A DNA stretch of 63,098 nt, counting the filler, from Conidiobolus incongruus B7586 (taxonomy: Eukaryota): the NCBI GenBank assembly GCA_000697335.1. It is 12 parts of 12 records of this genome, joined end to end, with 100 filler letters (N's around TTAATTAATTAA, not from the genome) between each part and the next. Parts side by side here need not be neighbours in the genome. Positions count along the whole stretch, not along the records: positions 1 to 1,298 come from JNEM01007381.1; positions 1,399 to 2,443 come from JNEM01007382.1; positions 2,544 to 4,124 come from JNEM01007383.1; positions 4,225 to 5,678 come from JNEM01007384.1; positions 5,779 to 7,228 come from JNEM01007385.1; positions 7,329 to 21,900 come from JNEM01007386.1; 6 more parts are not named here. One strand, 5' to 3'. Shown here one piece after another: positions 1-12,611 of this stretch (its first letter is position 1; each line of letters starts with the position of its first letter). Below the pieces are notes generated by a model that saw only the letters and a program-made list of their open reading frames with translations, was not told where the DNA came from and did no database searches. Made by a program: the position numbers and the translations under genes.

Positions 1-23
1 ATAAAGTTAAATTTTATTAATTA

Positions 24-1298
24 TTACCTTGAATTTAAAATAATGGGAAATTTTTTAATTTTTGATTTTTCAAATATATTAATAGTTTAAAATAAATAAA
101 TATATACAAAGTTAATAAGAAATTATATATATATAATAGTTTTTTTGATTAAAAAATTAACTTTTTAAAATTGGTTGTTTAATTTAATTATGCTTAATCC
201 AAATAATAATTATCAAAAGTTTTTTATTTTAATATTAGTAAAATTTAACCATAAACTCTTTAAAATTATTTAAAATTTACAAGCAGCTTTTGATAATAAA
301 ATATTATTTAAATCAACAATTTATCACTAGATAAATCACTTTAAAGCTAAAAAAGAAACTATCCAAAACTTGCCAAAATCTAAAAAATTAACTTTAATAA
401 TCACTTCTTTAATTATTAATAAAATAAAAAAATATATTAAAAAGTACCTTTTTATTTCAGTTAAAGAACTATCTAAACACTTTAATATTAGTTTTATAAG
501 TATTTTATATATATTAAAGTTTAAACTCAAATTAATAAATAAAAATTTAAAATAGGTACCTTATAATTTAATTAAAGCTTAAAAAAAGCTAGAGTAGTTA
601 TTATTAAACAAAACTTACTAAAATATTACTAGAAGCCTAAACTTTTATAATAAATAATTACAATTCATGAATCTTAGATTTTTATATATAATCCTTTACT
701 AAAACACAAATCAAGATACTAGATTAAATTAAATCAACCCTCTTTATAAATCCCTTTAAATAAGCATTTTGTTAATAAATAAATGTTAATTATTGTAATG
801 GATTATAATAGTATATATTACTTTTATTTAATTCCTGAAAGAAAATTAATTAATAGTAAACTCTATATTATTTTTTTAAATAAAAGTATTTTCAATTGGT
901 GTTCTTAATATAATTTAAGAAGACTTATTATTTTGCATAATAAATACAAAATATATAAATTTAAAGCTATAAACAACTTTGTAATTAAAAAAAACTAGAA
1001 AAAACTACTATATCTAATATATTCTTTAGATTATAACCTATGTAATTATAATTTCTTTAAGTAATTAAAAAACCAGCTTGCAAGAAAGAACACTTAATTA
1101 GTTTGTAAAATATTAAATTTCAGTCTTTAATAAAAAGAACTATTTTTTAGGTGTTAGATCTTTGGTAAAAATATACCAAAAAATTATTAATAATAAAAGA
1201 AATTATTAAATTTATATTATATTTTTATTTTTATATATTATATATTAAAATATTTATTTATTTTGAATTGCAAAAATTCATATTATTAAAAATACAAA
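24..1298 (+). mobile_element. mariner-like (DD34D) DNA transposon, family A, hypermutated, right end cut by gap
   Basis: TA + left terminus TTACCTTGAATTT..ATGGGAA. Colinear with the full copy at 34844-36162. Relic transposase motifs: I(H/D)ES*I, ILH(N/D)K, YSLDYNLC. Many stop codons. Confidence 0.85.
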
Positions 1299-1398
1299 NN
1301 NNNNNNNNNNNNNNNNNNNNNNNNNNNNNNNNNNNNNNNNNNTTAATTAATTAANNNNNNNNNNNNNNNNNNNNNNNNNNNNNNNNNNNNNNNNNNNN
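1299..1398. other. artificial assembly gap linker (N44-TTAATTAATTAA-N44); same at 2444, 4125, 5679, 7229, 21901, 28580, 45832, 47099, 60279, 61757
   Basis: Identical 100-nt block with a six-frame stop 12-mer, occurring 11 times. Confidence 0.97.
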
Positions 1399-2443
1399 TT
1401 ATATATTTAATTATTTTAATGATTAAAAATTTAGTTTTTTTAAAATTGGTTGTTTAATTTAAATATACTTAAAGCAAATAATAATCTTCAAAAGATTTTT
1501 ATTTTTGTATTAATAAAACTTAACCATAATTCCTTCAAAATTATTTAACATTTATATATAACTTTTGATAATAAAATTTTATTTGAATCAACAATTTATT
1601 ATTAGGTAAATTATTTTAAAATTAAGAGAAAATTATCTAAAACCTATTAAAATCTAAAAAACTAATATCAACTATCACTCTTTTAATTATTAATAGATTA
1701 AAAAATTATATTGAAAAATACCTTTTTATTTTAGCTAAAGAAATATCTAAATTATTTAATATTGGTTATATAAGTATTTTAAATATATTAAAGTTTAAAC
1801 TCAAATTAATAAATAAAAATATAAAATTAATACCATATAATTAATTTAAGCTTAAAAAAAGTTATAATAGCTATTATTAAACAAAATTTATTAAAATATT
1901 ACTAGAAACCTAAGCTTTTACAATAAATAATTATAATTGATAAATCATAAATCCCCTTGTATGATTTTTTACTAAAATATAAATTAGAGTGTTGAATTAA
2001 GCTAAATCAACCCCTTTTATAAATCTCTTTAAATAAACATTTTGTTAATAAGTAAATATTAATTATTGTAATGGATTATAATAGTATATGTTACTTTTAT
2101 TTAGTTCTTAAAGGAAAATCAATTATTAGTAAACTTTATATTATTTTTTTAAATAAAATTATTTTTAATTATTGTTTTCAATATAATTTGAAAAAACCTA
2201 TTATTCAATATAATAATTACTAAATATATAAATTTAAAATTATAAAAAATTTTCTGATTAAAAACAACTAAAAAAAACTGACATATTTAATATATTCCCA
2301 AGAGTATAGCTTATATATTTATAATTGCTTTAAGTAATTAAAAAACTAGCTTATAGAAAAAAATTTTTGCAAAAAAATTTAATTAATTTATAAAATATCA
2401 AATTTTAATCTTTAATAAAGAAATTACTTTTTAAGTATGAGAA
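1399..2443 (+). mobile_element. mariner-like family A copy, partial (gap-bounded)
   Basis: Colinear with 34960-36020 (e.g. AAGCTAAATCAACCCCTTTT, TTATTGTAATGGATTATAATAG). Confidence 0.85.
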
Positions 2444-2543
2444 NNNNNNNNNNNNNNNNNNNNNNNNNNNNNNNNNNNNNNNNNNNNTTAATTAATTAAN
2501 NNNNNNNNNNNNNNNNNNNNNNNNNNNNNNNNNNNNNNNNNNN

Positions 2544-4124
2544 TAAATATAATTTATATAATTAATTTAGTTATATAAATATAATTCACTTAAATTAATT
2601 CTTATTTATTAAATTAAATAAAATATATATCAAAATTTCAAGATTCAATCTTTTAGCATATCTTTAATAAATATTATAAAAAAGACATACTTTTTTGAAT
2701 ATTTACAAATAAATATAATAAGCTAAAATATTTGTAATAATTTTTAGTGATTTTTATTTAATTATTTTGATTTCGTATTAATTTTATATTGATATAAAGC
2801 TTATTCAAAATAGAATTAGATTTAATTATATAATAAATTTAATTTTATTTTTCTTTAATTCAATTAATAATTAATCTAGTTTTTGGGTTTTGAATCAATT
2901 AATAAATATATTAAAATATTCAAAATAAAGCTTGATTTTTGATAGATAAAAGGTAAAGTTAAACATTAAAGTTTCAGATAATATTAAGGTAATATTTTCA
3001 AAATTTAATCAATTGATTATATTTTATAAAGACTGTAATATAATAATTTGTTTAAATTTAAGCTAGATTTAAGTTGAATAAATTTAAGAGTAAATTATTC
3101 TAATTAAATAAACATATTAGTTTTATATTAAAAGCATTTTTGAATAATTTTGAATATTATTGTTTTATTCTCATTTAATTTGCTTTTAAGTTAAATTTAA
3201 CCAAAAAGTTACTATATTTAATATTAAACTAAATATTTATATTATTGAAAATTAAATTGATTTAAAATTTTAAAGTAATGATTTAATTAGGATATTTATT
3301 ATAATTAATCAAATAAAAGCTAAAACCTGTTAAATTATTAATAAAGGAATTAAATATATATTAAAGTTAGTAGAAATAGGTATTTTAATTTAACCTATTC
3401 ATTATAATATAAGCTTTAATATTATGATTTAAAATTTTAATAGTTTTTTCAATAAGTTTATTGGTTTAATGATGATTAATAATTGTTATAAATAAGTAAT
3501 TTTCAAGACATAAAAATAATCTCATAGAATTAAAATTAAAAATATAAATTTTTATTAGATATAATATATTAGGAAATTTTATAATAAGTAAAGATATTTG
3601 AAAATATTAATTATGTATATCTTTAATTATAGAGGAATTAAAACAAAGAATATAATAGGCATATTAAAAGAATAGATTAATATCAATTAATAAATTATTA
3701 GAAATATTTATTAATTTAAAAATGTTCATTAAATTAATATAAATTTGTTGTTAAGTTTTATTAAAAACCTATAAAAGAATAAGTAAACCATATTTCACTT
3801 ATTTATTATATTTAATACTTTAGCATATATTATAGGTATTAGTGTATTTCTACACTAGCTTAATTAATATAAGATATTAATAACTTATTCTAACTGTTTT
3901 ACTGATTTTTAACTAGTTTTAATATCCTCTAATAAGGAAATTATAAAATTTAATAAATATTATTAATTCTTAAAAATATAAAAAATATAGAGATTTTTAT
4001 TATAATATAGTTAGTTATCAATAATTTTAAGATTTTTAACATATTTTAATTAATTTTCTAATTATTTAAAGAGTTCTCAAATTAAAATTTAGAAATTATT
4101 ATTTAGTAATATTTTTTAAAAAAA
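2544..4124 (-). mobile_element. Ty3/Gypsy pol 3' fragment (integrase to chromodomain), hypermutated
   Basis: The minus strand reads KYTNTYNIC*SIKYNK*VKYGLLILL*V (integrase Zn-finger relic) and FNFTFYLSKIKLYF (HxxFHVSxLKPY relic). Similar to 26270-27400 of the full element. Confidence 0.7.
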
Positions 4125-4224
4125 NNNNNNNNNNNNNNNNNNNNNNNNNNNNNNNNNNNNNNNNNNNNTTAATTAATTAANNNNNNNNNNNNNNNNNNNN
4201 NNNNNNNNNNNNNNNNNNNNNNNN

Positions 4225-5530
4225 GAAATTAAAAAATAGCTAATTTTTTAATTTCTGATCTTTCAAACATATTATATATTTTGAAAAATTATATATATAA
4301 AATATATAGGAAAATAAATATTTTCAAACTATATTTATATATATATTCAATTTTAGTTATTTTTTTTATTAAAATATTTGGATTTTAAAATTTATACTTA
4401 AATTTAATTATACTTAAACTAAATTATGATTATCAAAAAGTTTTTATTTTTGTATCTTTAAAACTTAACCATAAACCCTCTAAAATCATCTAGAACTTAT
4501 AAACAGCTTATAGAGATGGTGCTTTATCTAAAACTACCTTATATTATTAGATTTATGATTTTAAAATTAGAAGGGATATTATTTAAAATTTATTAAAATC
4601 TAAAAAATTAATTTCTACTGTTACTCTTTTACTTATAAAAAGAATAAAAAAATATATTAAGAAATAAACTTTTATTTCTGCTATAGAATTATTAAAGCAA
4701 TTTAATATTAATTATACAAGTATATTATATTTACTTAAGTTTAAATTTAGATTAATTAATAAAAATATATAATAGATATCTTATAATTTAACAAAAGCCT
4801 AAAAGAAAACTAGAGTAGCTATAGCTAAAATAAACTTATTAAGGTATAACCAAAAACAATGGTTTTTACAATAAATACTTATAATTGGTGAATTTTAAAT
4901 TCCTTTATATAATCCTTTACCTAAAAAAACAAGATGTTGGGTTAAGCTAAATCAATCCTTTTCATAAATTTCAATAAATAAGTATTTTAAATATAAGTAA
5001 ATGTTAACTATTATAATAAATTATAATGATATATAATCTTCTTATTTAATACCTCAAGAAAAATCAATTAATAATAAGTTATATATTAATTTTAAATAAA
5101 ACAATATCTAAATGGTGTTCTTAATATAAATTAAGGACACCTATTATTTTGCATGATAATTGCAAAATATATAAAGCTAAAGCTATAAAAGATTTTTTAT
5201 ATAAAAAAATTAGAGGGAGTTACCATATCTAATATATTCACCTGATTATAACCTATATGATCATAATTGTTTTAGATAATTAAAAAAACAACTTGCAAGA
5301 AAAAAAATTCTTGCAAAGAAATTAAATTAGTTTATGAAATATCAAATTTCAGTTTTTAATAAAAAACACTCTTTTTTAAGTATTAAAAGCTTACCAAAAA
5401 TATAGAAATAAGTTATTAATAATAAAGGAGGTTATTAATTCTATATTATTCAATAATTTTTATATATTATTTATTAATTTATCTATTTAATTTTATTTTA
5501 AAATTATGCCATTATTTAATTTCTATATTA
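4225..5530 (+). mobile_element. mariner-like family B copy, hypermutated
   Basis: Relic motifs LHDNCKIYK (~5149) and YSPDYNLYD (~5235). Termini differ from family A (GAAATTAAAAAATAGC ... GCCATTATTTAATTTC). Confidence 0.8.
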
Positions 5531-5619
5531 ATATTAAAACCAACAAATTTATAATTTATTTTAAATATATATTAATTTTAATATATCAATTTATAGTTAA
5601 TTAAATTTAATTTTATATA

Positions 5620-5678
5620 TACTAACCTGTAAAAGTAAGTCATAAAATCAAAAACACTTATATTTTTACTAATAACTT
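5620..5678. mobile_element. terminus (TIR end) of Tc1-like element, cut by gap
   Basis: Near-identical to 59402-59460 (ACTAACCTGTAAAAGTAAGTCATAAAATCAAAAACACTTATATTTTTACTAATAACTT). Confidence 0.7.
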
Positions 5679-5908
5679 NNNNNNNNNNNNNNNNNNNNNN
5701 NNNNNNNNNNNNNNNNNNNNNNTTAATTAATTAANNNNNNNNNNNNNNNNNNNNNNNNNNNNNNNNNNNNNNNNNNNNCAAAGTTTTATTAAGCTGTAAT
5801 AAATAATAAATCATTAATGTATTATATATAAAATTAAGTAATATCAATATATTATGATATTGACAAAATATAAACTTAATTTCAGATATAATTTAAAAAA
5901 TAAAAAGA

Positions 5909-7228
5909 TTAATGCAGAAATTAAATAATAGCATAATTTTAAAATTAAAATTTGATAAATAAATTAATATAAAATATATAAATTTTAATAAATAATATAA
6001 AATTAATAGCCTTTTTTATTATTAATGACTTTTTTCTATACTTTTGTTAAGCTTCTAATATTAAAATATAATTTTTTTATTAAGGAGTGAAATTTGATAT
6101 TTTATAAACTAATTTAATTTGTTTGTAAGAATTTTTTTCCTGTAAGCTGATTTTTTAATTATCTAAAACAATTATAATCATATAGGTTATAATGAGGTGA
6201 ATATATTAGATATAGTAACTCTTGCTAGTTTTTTTATATCCAAAATTTTTTATAGTTTTAACTATATATATTTTATTTTTATTATGTAAAATAATAGATA
6301 TCTTTAATTCATATTGAGAATATCATTTAGAAATTTTTTTATTTATAAAAATAACATATAATTTTCTATTAATTGATTTCTCTTAAGATATTAATTAAAA
6401 AAACTATATAACCTTATAATAAGTTATAATAACTGATATTTGCTTTTAGTTTAAAATATTTATTTATTGGAATTTATAAAAAGAATTAATTTAATTTAAC
6501 CTAATACCTTGTTTTATTTTTAAATAAAGGATTATATAAAAAAACCTAGATTTATCAATTATAAGTATTTATTATATAAACCTTTGTTTTTGGTTATAGC
6601 TTAATATATTTAATTTAGCTATAGTTACTTTAATTTTCTTTTAAGCTTTGGTTAAATTATAAGATATCTATTCTATATTTATATTAATTAATTTAAGTTT
6701 TAACTTGAGTAAATATAATATGCTTAAATAATTAATATTAGATTATTTTAATAATTCTTTAACTGAAATAAAAATGTATTTCTTAATATATTTTTTTAAT
6801 TTATTAGTAAGTAAGAGAATATATATAAAAATTATTTTTTTAAATTTTAATAAATTTTAAATAATATATTTTTTAGCTTTAAAATCATAAATCAAGCAAT
6901 ATATGGTAATTTTAGATAAAACATTATCTTTATAATCTGTTTGTAAACTTTAAATAGTTTTAAAGGATTTATGGTTAAATTTTAAAAATATAAAATAAAA
7001 GTCTTTTGATAGTCACTATCGAATTTAAGTACTATTAAATTTAAATAAATATTATAAAATCAAAATATTTTAATAAAAAAATAGTTAAAAGTAAATATAT
7101 ATATATATATATATATAGTTAGAAAATATTTATTTTTTTATATATTTTATATATAAATATTCTTTTAAAATATATAATATGTTTGAATGATCAGAAATTA
7201 AAAAATTTACCATTTTTTAATTTCCATA
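5909..7228 (-). mobile_element. mariner-like family B copy, inverted relative to 4225-5530
   Basis: Its reverse complement is colinear with 4225-5530, including the same terminal motifs. Confidence 0.8.
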
Positions 7229-9165
7229 NNNNNNNNNNNNNNNNNNNNNNNNNNNNNNNNNNNNNNNNNNNNTTAATTAATTAANNNNNNNNNNNNNNNN
7301 NNNNNNNNNNNNNNNNNNNNNNNNNNNNAATTTAATAATATAATATTTAATTAATTCATTAATTTTCAAAAATAATCAATTATTATTAATAATGTTAAAA
7401 TTAATTTTAGCAATTGATATTTTTAAGTATTAAAATAATGTTTTAAAATGGATATAAGTAAAATTTTTAATAATAAATTTTAATTATTATCAGTTTTATT
7501 AATTAATTTACTTTTTGATAGTCGTCTCAACTAATTAGTCACTATGATCAAACAATTATCATTTAAATTAGTTATTATATCTAACCAAATAATCTATATA
7601 TGAAGTTTGATACCATATTTGTAACATTTATAGCTCTTAAAATTAGATATATATTTGAATTATATAAAACCATCAAAGTATATTTAGATATTAAAAATTA
7701 ATAAGAAATAGTAATTTAATTTGGGAATTGTGATCAACTACATAAAACTTGAATCATTGTCACAAATCTTAAGTTTTCAATGATTATCGAACCATAAATT
7801 TGTGATAATTGTATCAAAATTAATATTGAAGTTCCAAAATTAGGTATTTCCTTAATGAATTTGATATTAGATCTTATTCAAATGATAGTCAGTTATAGAA
7901 TTCCTATAATTATATTTTGACATTCTGGCTATTATACGTTTATATCTAGCTGATAAATATAATTAAGTAGCAGTTAAATATCTAGTCGATACATTTGGTT
8001 CTATAGTATCGGACGGAGCTTGAAATTAGTTTAGTATACACTATACATAAATTTAATGATTATAGCTATAAAATACTATTTACAATGTTTATGTCCCTAT
8101 ATTTTTTATTAGTTATTTTAATAATATTTGATTATTCAAATTAAGTAAATTTCCAATTAACAAATTTTTATTTCCTGAAAAAGGAAAAAGATGAATTGGA
8201 AATATCAAAAATAATTAATTTCCCAAATTAAATAGACATATTTATAAAATTCATAACCAACTTAATTTGTAATTTAAGTTATATGACTCAAAATAAATTA
8301 TGATTCTTTTTTATTAGTTATATCTCAATAAATTATCATTAATTTTTTTAAACTAAAATAATTTGAGTTAATTCAATTTTTAAAATTTGTTGGGTGGAAT
8401 TTATATAATATGGGGTAAAATTATATTTTAACATTTATCTAGTAAAACAAAAATAAAACAAGCATGTAAATAAAAAAATCTGAAAATAATAAATTGCACT
8501 CATATATATATTAAAAGCGTATTATGACATTACTATCAATTCTAATTGTTATTTCTAGTAATAATTTCATCGTGATAACTAGGTAACTAATTCTGTGGGT
8601 AATACAGGAATTGGATTAGTTACTTGGGTAAAAATGCATTTTATATTAGTTGATACACTTGGATAAATTTTAAACTTTTAGTGAATAGTCACTTCAATAT
8701 CCAGTATTGTTAAGTTTCTATTGATTAAAATTGAACTTGTAATTTGATTAGGTAGTAAATATTCAATTGAAAAATAAATTAAAATAATATTTAAAAACAA
8801 ATTGATATTACTAAATAATAATATTATATATCAACTTTTGAATAGCTGAATATTATTAATTTTAAATAAAATTGAAGCTAATTCAAAACAAATTTCTTAT
8901 CCAATTAAATTGGTAGGAAATTTTTCACTCAATTTTAATAACCGAAATAAATAAAATTTCCTAATAATTTCCAAATTGTTTGAAATCTATTAAATAAGTA
9001 TAGTGTGTCTAACTTGTAGCAATTTTCATTCACAAAAAAATTAAAGGTTGTTAGGTCGGTAGTGTTACTTCGTTTTCTTTCTCTTTATTAGGTTTTCTCT
9101 CTCATAATTTTTATTATTACTATTATTATTACTATTATTAATTTATCAATCATTTACTATATATA

Positions 9166-11124
9166 ATGAAAAAATCCAATTCTCTCAACTTAATCAAAGA
9201 CCCTCCTCCACCGAGTATTTGGCTTCGTAATGGGGGAAATCAATTGAATCGATCACTATCCGACCCCCGATCCAAACCCTCCAAAGCTTTGGAAACTTTG
9301 GATGACTCTATATTCCATGAAAACGATCCTAAAAAACTAGATAAATTAATTCGAGAAACTTTAGATATATTGGAATTATCCGACGACAGTATACAATTAC
9401 AAAAAATGAAAAAATTATTGGCAACTAATCCTCCGAAGTTACTGCTGCAGTGTTTTATTCAGAATTTGAAAGATGGGGATAACTATCAGCATTGGAATTA
9501 CGATGCAGATAACGAATTGGCTGGATTAGAACTCTTAGGGGAGATTTGCGATCTTAACTTAATCGAATACTGTTGTCTATTGGATTTGGAAGCGGTAGTG
9601 ACCTGTATCCTAAATTTTGTATACTTAAACTGTTTCTACTTCAATTATGTCAACCTTTTAAATTTCCTATTGATGTCGAAACGCTGGGGCCAAGGAAATT
9701 CGCTGCTGCATTTGGCAAGTTTTATGGGCATGGGTCAGACATGCAAATTACTTATTGAGTGGGGCGTACCTTGGAATATAAGGAACGATCGCGGGTACAG
9801 ACCAGTGGACTGTGCGGACGATGAGGAGTGTCGTTGGGTATTTTGGAATTTGAGCGGATGCGACTCCTCCCAAGCCACAGTGAAGCCAGAGATTGATGAG
9901 GAAGATATTACCGATATTACCGATACGTCGGAGGAAGAGGAGCAGCTTCCTTTGGAACGAGAATTCGTGGACGCTGGCAAAAATGCAAGATTGGCGACAA
10001 ACCACGATGTTGTACGTCAATTGGTAGACCAGGTGATTGAAGAGGGTGCATTGAAATCGGGTTGGGATATCACACCTACAAAACGGTCCGGAGGGGGAAT
10101 TCTTCCACAATTGGCTCTGCCTCTAAAGGGTCCAAAGCAACGTAAAAGGGTTCAATTCGATGATTTTACCATCTTTCTACAGGCGGCTCAGAGTGGCGAA
10201 CTGGATACGTTGGAGAGTTTAATACGTGATACTAATCGGGACAGTGTTGCCACGTTAATTAATTGCAAGTCAGTTTATAAAAAGTTTTCAGCAATGCATT
10301 TGGCATGCATGAACAATCACATTCCAGTCGTCGAATATCTACTAAAATTAGGGACTCTTCCGAATGAGCAGGATATGTACGGCTACACACCACTCCACTA
10401 TGCAGTACTAGAAGGTCATATGGAACTTGCTCGTCTCATGATCCGGAGGAGTGAAGTCACTCTCAAAGTTCGATCCCTGAGGGGAGAAGCTATTTGGGAC
10501 TGTACCGAGGATAATGAAATGTTAAATATGATCCATCGCGAATGTATTCGACGTGCAGAGTTAGAAGCTGAAGCATCTAAAGTATTCCAAAATGAATCAC
10601 GACAACAACCCCTTACTATTGAAATATCCAAGAGTCAGGGATCGGGAAATCATAAGGAAAAGCAGGAATCCACTCGAAAAGCAGCCAAGTCTGGAGAAGT
10701 CAAACAGACCAAGTCAGTCAACTCCAGTACATCAAAGAATGATCAAGTGCTCGACAGACCATCCCAACGACCTCAAGGCCCAAAACCATTCGATCAAAAG
10801 ATCAAAGGTCTAGATTTGGATCAACTGGTGCTGGTGTCCGAAAAGGGCAAGCTAACAGAAAAAAGCAAGCACTCCAAAGTCAAATATCCGACAGATTCTG
10901 GAATGACAGTGACCCAAGTGCAAACTCACCCGAGACTACTACCTACAAAATCTAATTGGAAGGCCGAACTCAAGCTACCCACACGTAAATTGTCGGGGAT
11001 TTCTACGGGCCAAACCCCCGCAGTGGGATTGGTAGCTCAAGCGAAATTCAATCTTATGAAACATATTGGTGTCGACAATCTCAACCACTCAAGGCCCCTA
11101 CCATCGCAATTACCGTTAAACTGA
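9166..11124 (+). CDS. ankyrin-repeat protein with RVxF motif; PP1 regulatory subunit-like (MYPT1/PPP1R12/16-type module)
   Basis: 652-aa intronless ORF. Ankyrin repeats GNSLLHLAS, SAMHLAC and GYTPLHYAV. KRVQFDDFTIFLQAAQSGE lies immediately before the second ankyrin block, resembling KVKFDDGAVFLAACSSGD in MYPT1. Confidence 0.8.
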   Translation: MKKSNSLNLIKDPPPPSIWLRNGGNQLNRSLSDPRSKPSKALETLDDSIFHENDPKKLDKLIRETLDILELSDDSIQLQKMKKLLATNPPKLLLQCFIQNLKDGDNYQHWNYDADNELAGLELLGEICDLNLIEYCCLLDLEAVVTCILNFVYLNCFYFNYVNLLNFLLMSKRWGQGNSLLHLASFMGMGQTCKLLIEWGVPWNIRNDRGYRPVDCADDEECRWVFWNLSGCDSSQATVKPEIDEEDITDITDTSEEEEQLPLEREFVDAGKNARLATNHDVVRQLVDQVIEEGALKSGWDITPTKRSGGGILPQLALPLKGPKQRKRVQFDDFTIFLQAAQSGELDTLESLIRDTNRDSVATLINCKSVYKKFSAMHLACMNNHIPVVEYLLKLGTLPNEQDMYGYTPLHYAVLEGHMELARLMIRRSEVTLKVRSLRGEAIWDCTEDNEMLNMIHRECIRRAELEAEASKVFQNESRQQPLTIEISKSQGSGNHKEKQESTRKAAKSGEVKQTKSVNSSTSKNDQVLDRPSQRPQGPKPFDQKIKGLDLDQLVLVSEKGKLTEKSKHSKVKYPTDSGMTVTQVQTHPRLLPTKSNWKAELKLPTRKLSGISTGQTPAVGLVAQAKFNLMKHIGVDNLNHSRPLPSQLPLN

Positions 11125-11280
11125 CCTTAACATTTTTAAATTTCTAATAATCTATTTTTTTCAAGTTTAATAAATTGTTTTCAATTAATTCAACAAATAA
11201 TTCAAAATTGATTAAAAATTAATAAAAATATATTAATTAAATACAAAAAGCATCAATTATTCAGAAAAAAAATTACAAAA

Positions 11281-12415
11281 CTAATTGGAATGAACTTCCA
11301 CTTCCATAACAGAATCTTCGGGGATGGATGGCGTTTGACAGTTGGAAATTGGCGGACTTACAAACCCTTCAACTTCCGCGAGGTTATGAAATCTTTTCAA
11401 ATGACTCTCAAAACTAGTCCACCTCTTAAACTTTTGAATACATCCCACTATTGGACAATCGTACTTGTATCCAGGATCCAATCTGCCACTCAACTGTTTC
11501 ACCAACAATTCCGCCGTCGTCGTAGATCTCTTTAATTTCTTTTTAGGTTGAGTATCTTGCGAAGAAGTTTCGTGCATTGCTTTAATATGTTTAAACATAT
11601 TACCCTTCGTCCAAAACAATTGGAAACATTGAGGACAACTAAATTTTTCGCCACTCCCACCATGATACGTTTTCAGATGAAAGTTAAGATTTTGTGGCGT
11701 ACTAAACTCTTTTTCACACACAGAACACTCATACTTGGGTCGGTTAATATCGTGAATTTTTAAATGTTCTTTGAGTCTATTATTCTTGTCAAATAATTTG
11801 TCACAAATTGGACATTTTGGAGGATGTTTGGATTTGGTGTGAGTTTTGAATTCTGTCCATTTAGAAAAACTTTCACCACATTGAGGTTCACCGCACAAGT
11901 ACCGATTACGATCCAAATGTGTAAATTGATGATGATTCAATTTGGAAGGTGTAGCAAACTGTCTATTACAACCTTCAACATTACATTTATAGGGTAATTC
12001 TCCCCTATGTTTACACTCATGATTATATCGTTGTTTATGCTTTTTAAAAGTTTTGTCACAACCTTCAAAATTACATTTATATACTGGTGCCTGATGTGTT
12101 TTCAAATGTCTGGTTAAATGATCTTTAGTTATAAATTTAGCTTCACAGTTTTCGTAATTACAACAATAAAAATCTTCAAAATTTTGAGAATGTGTTAACA
12201 TATGACGATTTAAATGATTTTGATAAAAATAAGACTTATCACAACCATCATAAGTACACTTATAAAATTTCTATTCAAAAAATTAGTTATTAATGATCTC
12301 TGGATAATTGAATAATGAGACTTACTTCACCTTTATGTACCCTTTCATGAGCCTTCAATTTACTCAATTTATCGTACCATTTATCACAATTGGTGAATTC
12401 GCAAGCATATATCAT
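11281..12415 (-). CDS. C2H2 zinc-finger protein, likely transcription factor IIIA (359 aa; exons 12415-12326, 12270-11281)
   Basis: A GT-AG intron at 12325-12271 joins MIYACEFTNC..HKGE to KFYKCTYDGC. Nine tandem fingers, a basic spacer, then a tenth finger (CPIVGC), as in fungal TFIIIA (PZF1/Sfc2). Confidence 0.75.
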
Positions 12416-12611
12416 ATTCCCTATCTCTAATTACTAAATTAATTTATTTTAAAATTTTTTGATTAGTTTAAGTTAATTGTGTATTTGTAGATCAATAAAA
12501 ATTCTCAAATTATGGGTTTGATAATCAAGTTGTCAATAATTGGGGAGGGACCCTTGAAAATTGTTGAGTAAATATTTGAGAATTGTGTGACTACTGTTAA
12601 GATTTATTAAT

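Noticed and set aside
336..555. Short ORFs at 336-530 and 370-555 (also 62076-62280)
   Set aside because: They are stop-free stretches of mutated mariner transposase or its antisense, not genes.
24..7228. Alternative genetic code or organellar/NUMT origin for the AT-rich, stop-riddled regions
   Set aside because: Stops differ between copies and map to TGG/CAA transitions. The sequences are TE relics, and the genes use the standard code.
7500..8730. Coding-like patches upstream of the ankyrin gene
   Set aside because: Interrupted by stops in the frames examined, and no family could be recognised.
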